A DNA stretch of 64,000 nt. Origin: Octopus sinensis (taxonomy: Eukaryota). Positions 1 to 14,747 of the stretch are shown one piece after another (within the stretch, counting starts at the first letter, position 1; every line of letters begins with the position of its first letter). The notes below the pieces were generated by a model that worked only from the letters and a program-made list of their open reading frames with translations, did no database searches and had not been told where the DNA came from. A program made the position numbers and the translations under genes. The stretch is taken from assembly GCF_006345805.1 (NCBI RefSeq), contig NC_042999.1:101866001-101930000 (forward strand). Direction: 5' to 3'.

Positions 1-149
1 TTCCATCTTGTTGGATCATGTTGGACCAACCAACCCAACTCAACATGGAAAACATGCATAAAATGATATTAACTTTCTGTTTAGGGTTGACTGTTGGAAA
101 AAAAACCCAAAGATTACTCAATGCATAGTAGAGATTGATGGTACATTTT

Positions 150-291
150 ATTTTGGCTGAGTCAGTCTCTTACTACCCCGAGTTTCACCTGTGGGTGCAC
201 AGGGTCTTCAAGCAAGTCATGTCTATTGTAACTTGCCTAGAGGCCCTGTGCATCCACAGGTGACACATTAAGAGACTGACTTGACCAAAAT
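150..291. mobile_element. Foldback (palindromic) MITE
   Basis: Left arm attttggctgagtcagtctctta...cacctgtgggtgcacagggtcttcaagcaagt matches the reverse complement of the right arm (attttggtcaagtcagtctcttaatgtgtcacctgtggatgcacagggcctctaggcaagt); ~13-nt loop. Confidence 0.7.
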
Positions 292-359
292 GATATATAT
301 ATTACTAGCTGAGTCTGCCAGAAGGGACAGAGTGCATGGCTCTTGCAGACCCTCCAAGA

Positions 360-1270
360 CTGATGAAGTTCATGCCATTAATTAATGTTTCATTTCAATT
401 GCTGTAGGTCAATGCCTACAAGAAAGACATGAGCAAGGAAGAGATTCCAGAGAGATGATGTTCTGAAGAAGGACTGGAATTAATATTTAGTGTGGAAAAA
501 TGAGAGCTGGATATACGAAAGGAGACAAGAGATGGCAAGATGAGTGGATCAAGTAATCCTGAGAGCTGGAGGTAAAAGATCAGCTAGAGCTATGAAGTAG
601 AGACCATTATAGTAGAGATAGAAAAGACAGAAAGAGAGATGATAGTACACCTGTGTGCCAGAGGCAAGAGTGTGTTAGTTGGTGATGGGATACCAATCGA
701 CTGAATGGCTCTTTTTTGGGTGTGCTCCACAATGTCAGTGCGCATAGCAACATCATAATCCCAAATGTGGATACTATATTCCATTGTGGTCTTCACCCAG
801 TCTTGTAGAATGTCAACAGCTGATGGGAGCTGAAATATCTTCTGGTCCTAAAGACAAGTGCTAGTCTTAAGGATGCAGTCCTAGCTGTGTTAGGATATGT
901 TAGGATGTGTTTTTGCCAAGAGGTATCCTTGGTGGTAGAGAAGCCAAGCATTTGAAGCACCTGGAGGCACTAGCTGAGTGCCACTCATGATTTAGAGGGA
1001 ATATGGTGCAATAATGGTTTTTTTGGTTTTGTTTTGATATGAGTAATGTTCAAGTCTTTTGCTGTTGAAACAGATTTGGCATGGCCTCACCAGAGGATGT
1101 TCCCAAAGATGTTTATGGAATCAACAGAAGAATGAAAAGGATGCATTATCTCTTTACATGTTTAGGAACCACTCCCAAAATCACAATACTACTGAATGCA
1201 AGTTCTGTTATTTCACTCACTTATCAGACAACAATTTGGAGTCACAGCCCATTTTGTTGAAGCAGACTTG
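360..1270 (-). mobile_element. Decayed CR1/Jockey-group LINE, 3' part of ORF2
   Basis: Minus ORF 590-796 reads KTTMEYSIHIW...TQKRAIQSIGIPSPTNTLLPLAHR, resembling the RPTMEYCSHIW...QKRAIRLIG...PLAHRR post-RT region of this LINE group; many stops and frameshifts. Confidence 0.6.
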
Positions 1271-4200
1271 AAGATGAGGATGGAGCAACCATTTTAATTC
1301 AGTATAAAAACTGAACATTTGTATTAGAATTCCAACTTTTAGAGGTGCTACCACCATTGTAGCATAAAAATGTGTACTTTTATATTATCCAATATAGCAG
1401 AGTTGTTATATTTTGGGCACATCCACTATTCAGGGCTAATATCAAATGTACTCAGTCCTTAAAATATACTTCAGGACTTCCATCATAGCTTAACTTTGAG
1501 CACCCAACATGTTTCACCTCACTATACCAAGTACTAAGAACAATTGTGATATTTCCTGATGCTTATTTTCTTGGATTTGCGTTACAAGAAATTGGCATTC
1601 TTTTAAGTAGAATTTTAGTCAAGATAATTATTTTTAAAAATTTCAGCAGACATGATAAATAAATTGAAATATTTTATTTCTTCTTAAAGAAAAATTAAAC
1701 ATTAACCTGATTAGCAATTCAGTTTCAAATTTTGAGCTTCGTCACAATACCTCATATAATTATTAACAAGTCAGAAGAGAAGTAGACTAATGGAATCCTG
1801 CATGATTCATTCAAGTCTACTAAAAATTCTGAAAATGTTTCTGTAACTACTAACCAAAAGAAGGTTAGGTCATTATAAGCCTATGAATGCATCAGTAAAT
1901 ATTTAGAAGATTATGAAACAAAACTACAACAGAGGACAATGGAAAATTAATCTTTCAACAAGATTTGAGAAAAATAAGTTTTATTTGCTATGAAATTTTC
2001 ACTGAAAGAAAGATGTTTCTGCTATCCAAAAATGAACTCAAAATTTTCTATAGTTTTAAGAAGTGAGGATTAAAAATGACCAAGTGCATATGATTTACAG
2101 TATTGTTAATGATATTTTATAATAAACTTATCAACAAAGTGCTTAAACTATTCCATACAAATATTACCACCACCCTACTAGCATAAAACTCTTCATGAAA
2201 TGACCAATGATGTTACATCATCATCATGTCCATTGTCCTAAAAAAAAGTCATAATTCTCAGTTCAAATCCAGCCATACTCAAATTCACCTTTCATCTTTC
2301 CTTGAGGGATACTAAAAGTACCAGTTCAATACTGAGATTGATGCTATCAACTATACTTCCCTAAGAGAGGGGTCATGACCTCATGTACGATCAGATATCA
2401 TTACTACAATGTAGCAGCCATAAACAAACCAAGAAATAATCATTAATTCTACATAGAATCAAGTTCACAAATCAAGTGACTTCTAAAAACAGGGAAAAAA
2501 AAGTCCTTAAACTTTTATGCATAATAGTCAGATTCACAATGCAAGAAGGCACTAAATAGATGTAACAGAAAATACATTTTTCATATCATAATTAAAAAAT
2601 AGAATTTAAAATACATTTTCAATTGCCTAGTTCTTAGTAATTTCTTTATTTCACACACTACTTAGTCTAGCAGTTTTACTAAGCATGATATGTCGTATAT
2701 ATAAATAAGCTAAATAGCTAACCTCTGAATGAAGTAATTAACACCTACTATCTCACAAACAGTGGTTACATCTACATTTAAGTAACAAACCTGTATACTG
2801 AGCAGTTAGTTTTATAGCTTCTTAGGTGTCTCTTGAGAGCTTTGAGAGATGTATGCGTGTGTGTCTAGACTCTTCATAGAAAGTTTCTCTATGTGAAGTT
2901 CATGAGGAGTCTAAAACTCTCCACAACTGCTGTCAGGATACTTGTGACTTAATATAGAATCATGACAGAGGATGATGAGTTACACACTTAACAACATAAA
3001 AAACAGATGGCAACAACACTTTCAGCTTACTCTTTGCAAAAAAAAAATAAATAAATAAAATGGAATTGCCAGCTATAATACTGTACAATAAACTCCATTT
3101 AATAGCAAATTTGATTTGCTAACAACACTCTTCTGGATTTTATGCAGTCAATAGTTTGCCACTAAAGCTTCTACTGTATGATGTAATCATAGGAAGCACT
3201 TGATAATCACCAAACTGACAACGTTTGTTCATTAGTAAGACACACCATTTATAACTTATCATTCTAAACATTTTCCCCATTTCTCATAACTGGGTCACTT
3301 TTTATTTTTCCCCAGATCTAAACTTAAAGCAGAATATTTATAAAAAAAGGTATCTACCTTCCCCAAAATAAAATCTCTCAAGATATTTTGTAATTGGAAG
3401 TGAGGTTGGCATTGTTTTGCTTTGTGTTTTGTTTTTTAACTTTAATTTTTTCCATTTTATTAAAGCCTGAGAAGATTATATGAATTCATTTATTTTTATT
3501 AGTTACTGTCACAAAAAAATTTCAAAACAGCACCCCTTTAATTCCATCTGCCCAATTAACTAAAATAAGCAAAATATAAAGACTGGGGTTGAAAAGCACC
3601 AATCAAATTACTGAAATGGAATGAATGAATTGGCTAATTAGAACTTTAAAAAATTCCAGGATAATGTAATAAATGAATATACAGGAGACTAAAATTTGAA
3701 TCAATACTCCATCTTAAAATATTTAGAACCATACTATTTTTGTTCTTCCAATTCAGTTGTTAAAGTAGAAATAATAAAGAAATCAATATGTACTAACAGA
3801 TAGGTGTTGTTAAACACTAAAAAAAATCAGAAGTTTTCCTAGCAATTAACTTACTACTGTCACAACTACCAATAAATAGTCTTAAATATTAAGGGACAGT
3901 AAAGTTCCAGTCATGCCACTGTCTTAATGGGAGAATGCTATACATCTAAACTCTACTTCACTAAAAGCAATGTTCTAATCACAGTCTCATAATACAACAG
4001 AATATAAAAGAGGAAAAGAAAAAAGATAAATATATTAACTACAAGATTAGCAATTAAGTGTAAATTTTTGACCTGTACTGTAAATGTTAGGGGGAAATCC
4101 TAGCCATGTTAATAAAAGATTCATCTAAAAGGTTTTCAGGTCATAACCTGAATTAGATTTTAATGTTATCTGTCGGAATAATATATTCATAAATGAGTTT

Positions 4201-4429
4201 GGCACACCAGTTAATACTCCCTCTCACAGATGTTACATGATTACTGAGCTTAAGCTGATGAGGAATTCAATGAAATGAGTCAAAAATAGAAAAAATTCAA
4301 ATTTAAATTCTGCTGAATGAAATATTGTGATAATCACCTGAAGCAGAAAAATTGGGACGTGAGGGTGGGATGCTAAAAAAATAACTAAACACACTGTAGG
4401 GCATCTGAATGATTACTATATCAACCTTT

Positions 4430-4616
4430 TTTGTTAAATGCAATGTTTTGAATTAATCATGAATTATCTTGTACCTTTAAGACTTTGATGATGTGGTAGT
4501 TTATTTTTAGAATGACATTGTAGGGTAGCTGTGAGAGGTCTGATCTGGCCAGTTTGAACATAAAATAGATACAATATTTTGACCACCTATGACCAATTTA
4601 AATGCTACAGGGTTAA
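4430..4616. mobile_element. piggyBac-like MITE, left-truncated copy (same family as 14541-14747)
   Basis: Shares internal sequence ttttagaatgacattg...gatctggccagtttgaacataaaa and ends ...aatgctacagggTTAA. Confidence 0.6.
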
Positions 4617-5699
4617 GCCATTATTGTTAGAGCAGTGGGTTGGCATAATTGGTAAGGAGAAAGATATTTGCAAGAATATTAATACCATCCCATTGTGTTC
4701 AAAGTTTAAACACTGACATAATTGACTTTGCTTTTCATCTTTCCCAGGTCAATAAACTACGTACCAGTCAAGTGTTGGGATAGATTTAATTAACTATATC
4801 CCTCATCCAATTAATTATTGCCTTGTGTTTTAGTCAGAAATTAAATTAGCACTGTTACATCAATGAAAATAGGGTCTCTAAATTTATTTGTGCTATTTTT
4901 TTAGCAATAATGATCCTTTGAACACCTCCAAAAATCTTACAATATATTTTTTTAATATAAAGAAGGTACAGTAAGTGATAGGTACCAAACTTTCTTACGT
5001 GAGCATGTAGAATAATAAAACCATAGACAGAAGACAGGAGCCTGAAAATTTAGAGTTATTGTATAATGCTCTAAATATTTATTTATCAGCAACAATGTAT
5101 TAATACCAAAAGGTAATATTTATCCGTACTTAAATGTGGATGTTGTTAGAACAAACTATACTGTGGTAGTTACCATGAGAGAAGCTTTCATATTGGCTTT
5201 TGGTCCAAAATACATTCTTGTTTACACTGCTAGCAAGGAGATAAGTCCCCACCACCTCCAGCACTGAAACCACCAGATCATGTGATTTTGACCTTCCTTG
5301 GTCTTGTAAATGATAGACACTTAACCACTAGAGATAGCAGTGATTCATCTCCCTGCCAGCAATATATAGAATGACAGTGCCGGAATAGATGCTGTTGTCA
5401 CGATTAGCGAGTGAGCTTGTTAAAAAGATATAAAAAATATGTTCTGAATAGGATATTACTATTCAATTGAAAAATAGCAACTCTACAAGTCAGTATTAGT
5501 AAGAGCATTGAGGCCAAAGATACTTGATCTAAATATTTATAGAACTATAAAATACTTGATCCAAATAGACATATACTCATGTGGAGTCCACTGTCCATCC
5601 AATAAGAACAATAAATATAAATAGCTAAGATAAACACTGTAGCAAAGGTATTCACAACAGAAACTAACATAATAACATTTCCCCCCATAAGAGAATACT

Positions 5700-6040
5700 G
5701 CATCCAATATCACAGCCCCAGATCATGTAGTTCTTGATCAAAGGTATTCCAGCCATAACCATCATGCTTTTTCTGGTGGGGGTTAGGTATAGAATACCTA
5801 AGACATTATCCAATATGCCCTTCCTTTTTGAAGAGCATATTGGATGAAGGGGATTTAGATGCTATTTCTCTAAAGTGACCACACCGAAGTTTCTTCAGTG
5901 GCTCAACAAATAAAGACAGCTGTTTAATCCTAGATCAACTCTAATTGAGTAGGCCTATGATCAAAGGTGTTCCAGTTATAACAATTACGTCCTTTTATTT
6001 CAGGTTTAGTCTAAGTCTAGCAGTGGTACTCAACATTGTC
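5700..6040 (-). mobile_element. SINE-like repeat family C copy
   Basis: Reverse complement matches the repeat seen at 30873-31067, 26095-26290, 27410-27590, 33180-33400, 33820-34030 and 44215-44360 (cagccaaatctc..tcaaatcacac...tttgatcataggtct). Confidence 0.55.
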
Positions 6041-6199
6041 TTTGTGTTAAATATATACAGATGCTCAGACTTAGGACCTCTCATATTGAGAGATTAATGA
6101 ATCAGCAAACTTCTCCCAATCTGGTCAATTCGCTGCAATACTTTCTGATCCTGCCCAGCTGGTCCTCATGTATTTAAGGTCCTCCTGGAATGTCCAAAA

Positions 6200-6420
6200 C
6201 CAAGAGTGCTTGAACTAGCCTTTTGTCCTATTTCCTTATTCCTGACTTCATGTTTGGCTGTGAAACTTGGAAAATGCTAGTGAAGGTCACCAAGAAGCTG
6301 GACACATTCTACCAGCTATGCCAATAGAAGATCCTCAAGTCACCATGTGAGATAGAAAAGATAGAATTACAAATGAGGAAATTCTTCTGGAAAACAAAAC
6401 CAGCCACTGCAGATCACAGT
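6200..6420 (+). mobile_element. Old RTE-type LINE remnant
   Basis: Translates to MFGCETW..KKLDTF...KIL and, after a frameshift, D/RITNEEIL, the typical RTE post-RT motif. Confidence 0.5.
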
Positions 6421-7032
6421 GGCGTGAAAGACTAGATAAATTTTAGTTTCAATAAAAAAAAGATAACCCACCATATATATAATATGTACATGTATATCCA
6501 TTCATTTTACATCCATTTTTCCATGCTAACAAGGGTTAGGCAAATGCATATTAAGGTATTGCTTTTACAGCTGGATGCCTTTCGTTGCATAAACTTCTAA
6601 CTGCTTTTAAGCAAGCAATTTTCTTTTTATCCCACTTGCTTTCAAAAACACAAAGATAGAAGATAATTTTGTTTACAGGCAATGTCAAAAATGTTTTTAG
6701 TTCAATATATATATATATATATAAGGAATGTGTGTGTGTGAGCACATTCATGTTTCTAAGCTTAACATTATGCACTAATTGTAAATAAATGCCACTATAA
6801 CATGAATGGTGTCACTTGTTTACAATCTTCTGTGAAAACGTCTGACAATTGCCTTTTTTTATGTTCAAAGGACTATGCAAAATATTACCTTACACGAAAA
6901 CAGATGAGAGTTGGTGACAAGACGAGGACCCAACCACAGAAAATATGCGTCATGAATTCCATCTGACTCATGCCAACATAAAAAGTATGCATTAAAATGA
7001 TGGTGCTGCTCCATATAAACTATATGTGGGTA

Positions 7033-7432
7033 TGTAAGTGTGTTTTAAAAGAAAAACTGGGTATAAAAGACATCAGCTGAAGTGTGCATGAGAGACGACT
7101 GTGCTGGTATGGTCATGAGATGCATATGGATAAGGACAGTTGCATAAAGAAGTGCCAATCTCTAATTATGGTGAAATATGAACTTCAGTTGTTGATAAGT
7201 GACCAAGACTTCTGGCAGTTTGCTGTGCTAGAGAAGAAATGTAAAGCTAAATGAAATCATGGTCATGGACAGTGCCAGTGACACATAAAAGACACCCAGT
7301 ACACGCTGTAGAGTGGTTGGCATTAAGAAGGGCATCCAGTCACAGAAAGCAAACCAAAACAGATGACTGGAGCAGCTCTCTAGTTTACCAGCTCAGGTCA
7401 AACCCATACTAGCACTGAAAATGATGATGATA
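7033..7432 (+). mobile_element. RTE LINE 3' end, decayed with internal deletions
   Basis: gagagacgactgtgctggtatggtcatg (RRLRWYGH-like) followed by the 3' UTR motif gaagggcatccag and an (atg)n tail. Confidence 0.7.
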
Positions 7433-8176
7433 ATTTATATATATAATTATAGGATGTACAGATATGCCATACAGTCCTCTGCAAAACAGAAAGATCATTT
7501 GTGTGGGTGAGAAAAGAAAGGGAGAGAGAAGATTAAAGAGAAACTGTGTGATAAAAATAGGTTTGAATTTCATATCACAAAATGACACATTTTAGAATGT
7601 TGCAGTTTCTGTGACTATCCCTCTTTCTCAAACTTCCACCAACTACAGCATCCAGTTTTTCAACATTGCTTTTTTAATGTTCTGTTTCATCTCAGACCTA
7701 GGATTTATTTTGTTCAGGCATTATTCTCGAGTTGCAACTGGTTCACTGCGCAAAACTTCGTAAAGATTTGTTGAGAAATGACAACATTGTTACAAAACAA
7801 ACAAACATTCTTTTCAAGAAAGTAATGTATGATGCGAGGGATGTCTGGCTGCTATTTCAGGCAAGTTGAACAAGCACAAAGACTTCTTTGTTGGCTGAAC
7901 AAAGCCTCACTGTGTACAAGTGCTCATAAATACCAATTCAGGAAGTGAACCATTTTGAGTTAATCCTTTTCCATTATATTATTTCTGTACTAGTACAAGT
8001 TTAACTTTTCAGATTTTCTTAATATTTCTGTTTCAACTGTTCGCTGGATCATCTTATTCCAATATTATTTCACCTTATAGTGATGTGACTAGTGGCACAG
8101 ATTATTCCTTTCTCCTTATTTATTCCTAAAAGATTACATATGCCTTGATAAGGAATGGGTTAAAAAACAAAAAATT

Positions 8177-8205
8177 ACATACACACACACACACAAATAT
8201 ATATA

Positions 8206-8253
<48 letters not shown>

Positions 8254-8513
8254 ATACTTTAATCAGTTTCAGTCATTAAACTGTGGCCATACTGAGGCAT
8301 CACATCCTATGATATAGTTGATTTTTTTTGACTCAAGTACATTTTTTATACTATTTTATCAGCCTCAAAAGGATGAAAGTTAAAATGGAAATGTGCAAGA
8401 CTTGCACTCAATAGAAAATGAAATAGCACAAGTTATTTTATTCATTGGCATACTGATTCAGCCATATAGATAGAGAGAAAGCGAGGAGTCAGGGAGATGA
8501 GTGTGTGTGTGTG

Positions 8514-8583
<70 letters not shown>

Positions 8584-8916
8584 AACTCACAACTCTAATT
8601 GCTGATCTCATATATACAATTAATTTCAATTCTGATTTTTAAAATTACATCACAATGAGACCACACAAACTTATATACACTGAGGTTTGTAATTCATATG
8701 ATTTACAGTGCCTTTTACAATGAAAATGCTAGACCAACCAATGAATGGGACCACAATATTAGATCTTTATATTATAAGAATAGCTTTCAGCTGCCATGCC
8801 AATGGTATTGGTAATGATGACTACATTGCTGATAGGGTTATTGAGAATTAAAATAGTGAAATTTTGAAGTAATTTCACACCTGGGTTCTTGATAATGAGA
8901 AGCTTGAACAAAGATG

Positions 8917-8962
<46 letters not shown>

Positions 8963-8973
8963 GTGTGTGTGTG
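8177..8973. repeat. Cluster of (TA)n/(CA)n/(GT)n microsatellites
   Basis: Compound runs at ~8177-8254, ~8500-8582 and ~8918-8973. Confidence 0.95.
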
Positions 8974-11239
8974 TGGCATGAATTTTATCGCCATGGTTAT
9001 CAACGATATAATGAACCAATGAAGAAATCTTAATGCAGTTGCACAATCTATTATTAAAAACATAAAGCAAATCTTCCTCACTTCATACTTCTAGCTTTAA
9101 AAATAGGACATGGGATAAATTAGTTCTAGATACACAATACCTGAAACTATGGGAAAGTAATAGCTGGAAGGTCTTTGATCAAAAGTTTGCTTAACTAAGC
9201 CAGACCGGTTGCTAACAAAAGGGATTTCTTTTTCTTCCACTCACCCAGACACACACTAACATCCATTTTGCTCGTTTTTTTCAATAACTTGAACCTCAAA
9301 GACATTTATATTTTTATAGATCCAAAGCTTAGAAGGAGACCTCCAGTTCTTTGATCAAACTATTAAGTCAAGTATTTTAACCAAAATTAAAATTTTAAAT
9401 CTTTAAGAGTTTGCACCAACCAGAATAATAGCATAGTACTGTTTTTTAATTTACATGTCACAGTGACATTGTATAACCTATAAACCTCTATACAGGATTT
9501 AAAGACATGATTAAAATGCAGGCAAATTATAGAACTAAATAAATATAACAATTAGTGCTTTTCAAATCTATCAATATCAAATTGACATGACTCAAAACTG
9601 TAAAGAAATATTAACAAGTACGCTAAAATAACCTGTTAGTAAAGTGTGTAACTGTATGCAATCATGCAGTTTGTGTACGTGTGTGTAACAGCACATATCC
9701 ATATGTATACATATGCAAGTGAGCAGGCACAGGTGTGCCCATTTATGATAGAGAGACAGAAAGGGACATAATGATAGAATAAGCCATTAAGAATTGTGTG
9801 CTGTACCTGTAACTTTAAATAGCAATCAAAGTAAAGCAAAGAGTGAACAATAAGTTCACATTTCTGACTGAGTAGTGCAGTGTTGTTGACCCACCAGCAA
9901 CCCACCATCTATCTATTCACCTACATATCTCTCTCTACCCAACAATCAGCAATTCTTTCTGAATGTCAGTACAACTGAAAACTGGGAATGGTCTCCAGCA
10001 ACAGAGAATTAACTGATAAAATAACATTCATTAATTTAGTTAACAATAGATTAGTTCTCCATGTTCTAGCTGAGTCTGATGTATATAATAAGAGTAAAAC
10101 CACCATGTATGCAACCTAATTATTTTAACCACAACCACTACTACCTCATGCCAACACCAGTAAGGGAAATGACCATTAACAAGTAACAGCTATGTTTGAT
10201 ATCAATCAAATCTTCCTAAAAACGATTAAATTAGCTAAAAATAAGTTCCAAATTAAAAGTTAAGGTAAGAGTGGGCAGCAGTGAGTTTGAAAATGTGTGT
10301 GCGTGTATGTGTCAGAGAATGAGCTCGATAGTGTAAGGGAGTGTAGGTGTGTGAGCGTGCATGAGTGAGAGAGTGCACAAGTTTCAAGCAATGTGTGAGT
10401 GTGAGTGAATTTGAACAAGAGAATGAGTGTCTCAAATGGGGAGGGGCTTGTGTAACAACATGTGCAAGTGATACAGTATACATAATAGCAGTGAGTGCAA
10501 GTGTGATGTATGCGCAGTGGTACAATATAGATCTGGTAGCAAGTACATTTGTGAGAGATATGATGAAATTAAAACTTTCAAAAATAAGAGCTCTGCAATG
10601 TAAGTTAAAATAGCAGAATGAAACAGACACATGAGTATTCATGTATTATAAGTACAGTAGCTATATGCTTAAACTACAAGACTTTGGTTGGTATATAAGA
10701 TCACCTGTTGTTGTAAACATTACTTATCTTTCACATTTTTGAAATAAGGAACTAGACACTACACAAACTCAGCATCATTAACCCGAAAATAAGTGGACCT
10801 TCGAGCACATTAACACACTGGAAAAAGAAAGCTAAGACTCTGATGAATGCTGAATAAATAAATTACTAGTTCTATACACATCTGCACAAAAAAAATTGTG
10901 CAAGCAAAAACGAAACAAACAAAACAAAACTCAATATAAAGTGCAAAGTTATGTTGTATCTATTAATATCACTAACTGTTACCTAGTGACTGTTGCTCTA
11001 ATCTTCAGGTATACTATCCAAAAATTTGAAGCATGAAATTCAGAGTAACAGTGAGTAAAGTTCCAGTTTCCAATATATATTCTATCACTTTCAAGTCCCT
11101 ATTATATATCTGCTCTGAACATATCACAGCTCATTTAAAAACAAAATTTCCTTTTAACCTCCACTGTTTTACCAGACATCATGGAGAGACCTCACTTTCT
11201 ACATTCCCTGATAAAGTAGACATACCTTTCTTTTAGCTT

Positions 11240-11608
11240 TAACTTGTTTCTGCCATTGAACTGCAGTCATACTGGGGCAATACTTTGAAGAATTTAGTCA
11301 AACAAATCAACCTCAGTATTCAATTTTTAAAGCTTGGTAGTTATTCTATCAGTCTCTTATGCTGAACCATTAAGTTATGGGGGATGTAAACAAATTGTTA
11401 TCAGTTGTCAAGCAGTGGTGAGGACCAAACACAGATACACACACATATAAGACCGAGATCTTTCAGTTTCTGTCCACCAAATCCACTCACAAGGCTTTGG
11501 TCAGCCTGGGGCTACAGTAGAAGATACTTTCCCAAGTTGCCATGCTGTGGAACTGAACCCAAGGCCACATGGTTGAAAAGCAAATCTCTTATCACAAAGC
11601 CATATCTG
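11240..11608 (-). mobile_element. Two adjacent tRNA-derived SINEs (family E tail plus family A)
   Basis: 11452-11608 is the reverse complement of the family A head/body (ccacatggtt...ccttgggcaagtgtcttctact...gtgagtggatttgg). The same A+E composite recurs at 55230-55596. Confidence 0.7.
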
Positions 11609-14145
11609 CACCAAGAAATATTTCAGTCATGACAATCCTCCTTTTTAGGAGTATCTTTGACTACATTATTCAATGTTTTCCTTTATTTAAGTATGGCAGA
11701 GTGTAATTTGAAGATTTGTCTGCTACTTTTAGGTAAAGAGTGACCACAAAGAGGTTCCCATGCCAGCTTTTCATTAAGCAAATCAGTGACATCTATCCCC
11801 CTTTCCCTTGAGTAGTGTGCTAGTCTAATGCATATTTTGTGCATAGGAAAAAAAATTTCAAGTCAAAACTGCCAGCTAGTATACTCATTAATTGGAGCAC
11901 CAAGCTATACCTCTTGATGGTTCCTATTTGGTTCCTTGTTGGACTTGGCTATGATCAGGATATGAAAGGTCAACTATATGGATGGAAGATAACATTAGTT
12001 AGTAATTAGGCAGGCTGCAGCTATCTACATGGATGTTAACCCTTTTGTGATTATATTTCTAACAAGTATACTGCTTCTGTGCTTCAATTAATTTTCAACA
12101 TAATCAAGGTTTTGGGTAGAGAGGTTAGTAAATTATTTGAAACTTAATATATTGATATATTATGCTGCTGTTGCCAAACTGAAATCCCACAATATCATTC
12201 TGCTTATATTGAGATTTTACCTTGAATACAAATGATTTAGAATGAATGGTCTAGGGTAGGATATAAATAAATAAAATAAACAAGAAACAGATTGCAACAT
12301 ATTGATCAAATTTTGAAGTTCAAGTTCGATATCAGATTACAAAACTGGCTCTCAGATAAGGACTGCAGCAACACCAGCAATCAATTTTGTTATAGGCATA
12401 AAACAAATATGTAAGAAAAGCAATATTGGGAAGTTGTGAGATTTATGCATTGGCAAATGGTATAGATAACATAAATGGAATAAAATGGTTGCAATCTGGG
12501 ATTGAAATTATGCAGCAGACTTGTCTCTACATCATCAAAAATGAAAAATAGTTTTCTTTCTTCACTTAAGTGAGTAGGAGGTAGACAAGGATAAAGAAGA
12601 GATGTCAATTTATAATGAGTTTTACAGGAATAAATGTTTTAATAAAACTGTTTCTTCCATTCACCTCAGTAGCTAATACTGTATCAATGTTCATTAAAGA
12701 GAGTGTTGTTTGCTGTATATAATTTAAAAACAAAAAACTACGTTGGTATGCTTGCTAAATAGGGGGGAAAGTGCACCAATGAAAGCCACCACTTTACAAC
12801 TAGAAACTCATATTCATCCCCTACACTTATATTAGCAGCAGCAGCAGCACCACCACCACCACCACCACCACCACCACCACCACTACTATCAACCATTACA
12901 AACAGACTCCCGACTATTTTCCCATTAAATGAGATTAGAAAACACTGGCCTGACTGCTAACCAATAGTCATATAACTTAAGTCTTATCACAGCTATTTTG
13001 AGAATTGCTTCATGCTGAACTGTTATGAGTGCCAACACAGTGGCTGAAGGATTCACACTTCATAACATGACCAAAGTTTAATGTTCTGCCTTGGATAAAC
13101 TCTTACTGGTCCAGGTCATCTAGCAGCAATTAAGTCCAATGTGAAAGCACAGCCGAGTTCAAAGTTGCAAGTGACACCATATGCTCTATTATAGGACAAC
13201 CTCCACTTCTTTAATGGCTTTAACTTCAAGTGTCAGTACACAGATCTCAAACAGTTCACAACACTTTAACATTCAACTATGTTCCCTGGCAAAAACACAT
13301 TTAAACACATCACAAAATTTGAATCTCCACGGAGTAAAAAGAAAACAAAAAGCTTGATGGTAACACTAGATTTACTAAAAGCAACTGATTAATTTCATAA
13401 CTCTTCAGAGATGAAATGAACCAGAAATCATTTGAGTGTAGTCCTGAAATAGTCACACCCTAGCAAATTTGAAATGACACTAGCTTTCTCTCCTCAGCAC
13501 TTACTGGTGCTAAGGCAAGTTTATTAAAAACATTACAACACACCTGCCTTTTGTATCACTTCCCACTTCACAAAATATATCAAGATACCTTTTTCTGTTC
13601 ATGACTAACCTCCAACACTTCCAAAATAAAGAATGAAAAATAAACTCAAGATAAACTATCAGTTTCGTTTGAATGGGCACAAGGCCAATTGCAACAAAAT
13701 AAGGTGATGGTAGTGTGTGTGGGTGGTTAGATGAGTTCATAGTTGATTAAATCAGCAGTAATATATTACTGCTGTTTATTTTAACAAAAACTCATCTCAC
13801 ATACCCAAGTTAAAATATTTCAGTCAAACCCAATGAGATCTTCAAGTCAGATTTGTGATGCACTGAACATGACCAAACATTTTGTCTAGATATTTGTTAT
13901 AGAGTCAAAATGACTAAGTAAAATATCAAACTTCCAAAATGGCTGCAAATTCATATCCTATTGAAGTTCTATGGTCTTTCATGAAAATACTTAATTCTAC
14001 ATGCCTCTGTTAACTTAGCTGGAGAATGCCTACCAAAACTTCCCCAAATAGTTACCAACATCAGACTAGGTTATTCATAATGAGATTCGACTCACCTGCT
14101 CAAGGCTAGAGATTATTTGCACTATTGTGTCATCAAAGACTAGGT

Positions 14146-14231
14146 CAGTGGTTCCCAAACTGGAGTTCACAAAGGTAGTACTGGGGGGCCATGAACTAAA
14201 TTCATTTAAATAAAAGGGTTGGGAACCACTG
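14146..14231. mobile_element. 86-bp hAT (Charlie-like) MITE with 8-bp TSD
   Basis: TIR CAGTGGTTCCCAA / TTGGGAACCACTG; flanks gactaggt and gactagat (7/8). Confidence 0.85.
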
Positions 14232-14540
14232 GACTAGATCACTGCATTTAGTTAAAACACTGTCCTGGCAATTTCCTCCAAGCCCATAACCAATGATATA
14301 GATTTTGTCACACACAAACACAAAGCTGACATTTTAAGAATTTTTTTTTTTTTGCAACAACAAGGTTCTATGTTCAATTCTACTGCATGGTGGCTTCTGC
14401 AAATGCCATCTTTCATGGCCATGGGGATGAAATTAATGAAAGCCCATCAAACATGTCTGTTTGTAAAGGATGTAGAATCATGGCTTTGAACAAAAATACC
14501 TTATGGCATTTGGTTTGCACTCAGTTCAGTTTCTACCTTA

Positions 14541-14747
14541 CCCTTTAGCCTTCAGATTACTCTTTCAAATGTAATGCTTATTTTGAATTAATCTTGCATT
14601 ATCTTGTAGCTAAGAGATTTTCATGCTTTGATTACTTATTTTTAGAATGACATTATATGATAGGTATGAGAGGCCAGATCTGGCCAGTTTTAACATAAAA
14701 CTGGTAGAATATTTAGGCTGGATATGGTCAATTTGAATGCTAAAGGG
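14541..14747. mobile_element. piggyBac-like MITE
   Basis: Termini CCCTTTAGC...GCTAAAGGG; right flank TTAA, left flank TTA. Confidence 0.75.

Noticed and set aside
4254-4280. CTGATGA ggaattcaat GAAA
   Set aside because: No pairable stem II or stem I.
10253-10642. Three overlapping ORFs (129, 82 and 66 aa)
   Set aside because: Degenerate GT/GA low-complexity sequence that lacks stops by composition.
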